Positions 63,055 through 64,000 of a stretch of 64,000 nt of DNA are shown in pieces. This stretch comes from Candidatus Methanomethylophilaceae archaeon (GTDB lineage: Archaea > Thermoplasmatota > Thermoplasmata > Methanomassiliicoccales > Methanomethylophilaceae). The notes below the pieces were generated by a model, which was not told the origin of the DNA, ran no database searches, and saw nothing but the letters and a program-made list of their open reading frames with translations. The stretch spans positions 32,001 through 96,000 of the forward strand of contig JBMNQN010000003.1 in the NCBI GenBank assembly GCA_050944155.1. Direction: 5' to 3'. Within the stretch, counting starts at the first letter, position 1, and the number at the start of each line of letters is the position of its first letter. A program made the translations under genes and the position numbers.

Positions 63055-63179
63055 GACGTACCCTCATCGGTTTATGTCTATATGAAATCCCCCGTCGGAG
63101 TTTTTCGCGGAGAGAAAAGGCTGTCGGACGTACACGGGCATCGGGCTAAATATACCAATGACGGGATACGGTTACCGCC

Positions 63180-64000
63180 GTGGAAGAAGAAACGTTCGCA
63201 GCAGTCAGAGAAAAAATCATTCGTAACGACACAGAAACAGCGGTGGCGATGCTTTCGGAACTGGCATCTTCTTCCGACGATCCTTTCGTGAAAATAAAAT
63301 CCGCGTCCGTTCTTCTGGCTATAGGAAAACCGGATGTCTCGGACGGAATTCTCGAAGACCTTTACGACAATCTTCCGGAAAATCCGGAAAAGAGATTTGC
63401 GGCCGCGCAGGCCATGCGGGGACTGGGACGGCCGGATCTGGCATCGGAAATTCTTTCGGAAATGGAAAAAACCGACAAAGTTCTGAGGGAACATGCCATA
63501 TCGGAAGCCAACCGCGGGAATTATTCTTCCGCTTACGGTCTGATAGAAAAAATAGAAAACCCCTCGCTCGACGACAGAATTCTCGCCGCCGACAGCCTCT
63601 CCTCGTCGGGAAAGATTCCCGAAGCGCTGGCACTTTCCGAATCCATATTCAAAGAGCATTCGGACGTTTACGGTGCCGTAAGATGCAGGTGCGGAGCCCT
63701 CATTGCGGCCGACAGAGGAAAGGAAGCGCTGGCACTTGCGAAATCCCTGCGTAAAAAGGATAAAAATTCCCCCGACGCTTACGCGGCGGGAGCTTATGTC
63801 ACGCGCATTATCGGCAAATCGGATCTGGCAGGGGCGTTCGCATCCAAGGCTCTGCGCATAGACCCGAACCATCTCGGTGCGATGGAAATTCTCGCCCAGA
63901 GTCTTATGGACAGGGAAATGTACAGAGATGCCGGCATCGTTGCCGGAGCCATAAACGAGAAAGACCCGGGAAACCGGATTGCAGTGTACGTTCTGAAAGA
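63180..64000 (+). CDS. TPR-like helical-repeat protein (runs off the window end)
   Basis: Open frame from GTG 63180 (VEEETFAAV...) to the end with no stop; AL.IDP.H and A..LA patterns. Confidence 0.7.
   Translation, partial: MEEETFAAVREKIIRNDTETAVAMLSELASSSDDPFVKIKSASVLLAIGKPDVSDGILEDLYDNLPENPEKRFAAAQAMRGLGRPDLASEILSEMEKTDKVLREHAISEANRGNYSSAYGLIEKIENPSLDDRILAADSLSSSGKIPEALALSESIFKEHSDVYGAVRCRCGALIAADRGKEALALAKSLRKKDKNSPDAYAAGAYVTRIIGKSDLAGAFASKALRIDPNHLGAMEILAQSLMDREMYRDAGIVAGAINEKDPGNRIAVYVLK

Overview
A gene-dense archaeal chromosomal segment, most likely from Methanomassiliicoccales (Thermoplasmata). The call rests on archaeal marker genes (Cdc6/Orc1, ribC/ribL, FBP aldolase/phosphatase, archaeal TpiA, Hjc, archaeal DnaG, MptD), bacterial-type CysS/CysE, and a BspA/MBG adhesin. 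About 57 complete CDSs are supported, mostly housekeeping, and none of them ends in TAG, as expected for a pyrrolysine-decoding lineage. No tRNA, rRNA, CRISPR array or transposase was seen. Highlights beyond the ORF track: (1) a box C/D sRNA predicted to guide Cm34 of elongator pre-tRNA-Met; (2) two paralogous His-containing small membrane proteins behind a NikR-type operator, a candidate uncharacterised Ni-uptake system; (3) a PARIS-like ABC-ATPase plus DUF4435/TOPRIM pair; (4) a PP-loop AsnB-C/RelB-like fusion directly upstream of a ubiquitin-like GG protein; (5) a frameshifted LRR adhesin flanked by ~140-bp degenerate inverted repeats; (6) a highly structured dnaG leader; (7) a bacterial-type DNA-processing cluster (YhaON, AddAB-like, XseAB, one intact and one degenerate DEDDh exonuclease). 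All calls come from reading motifs by eye; no database search was run.
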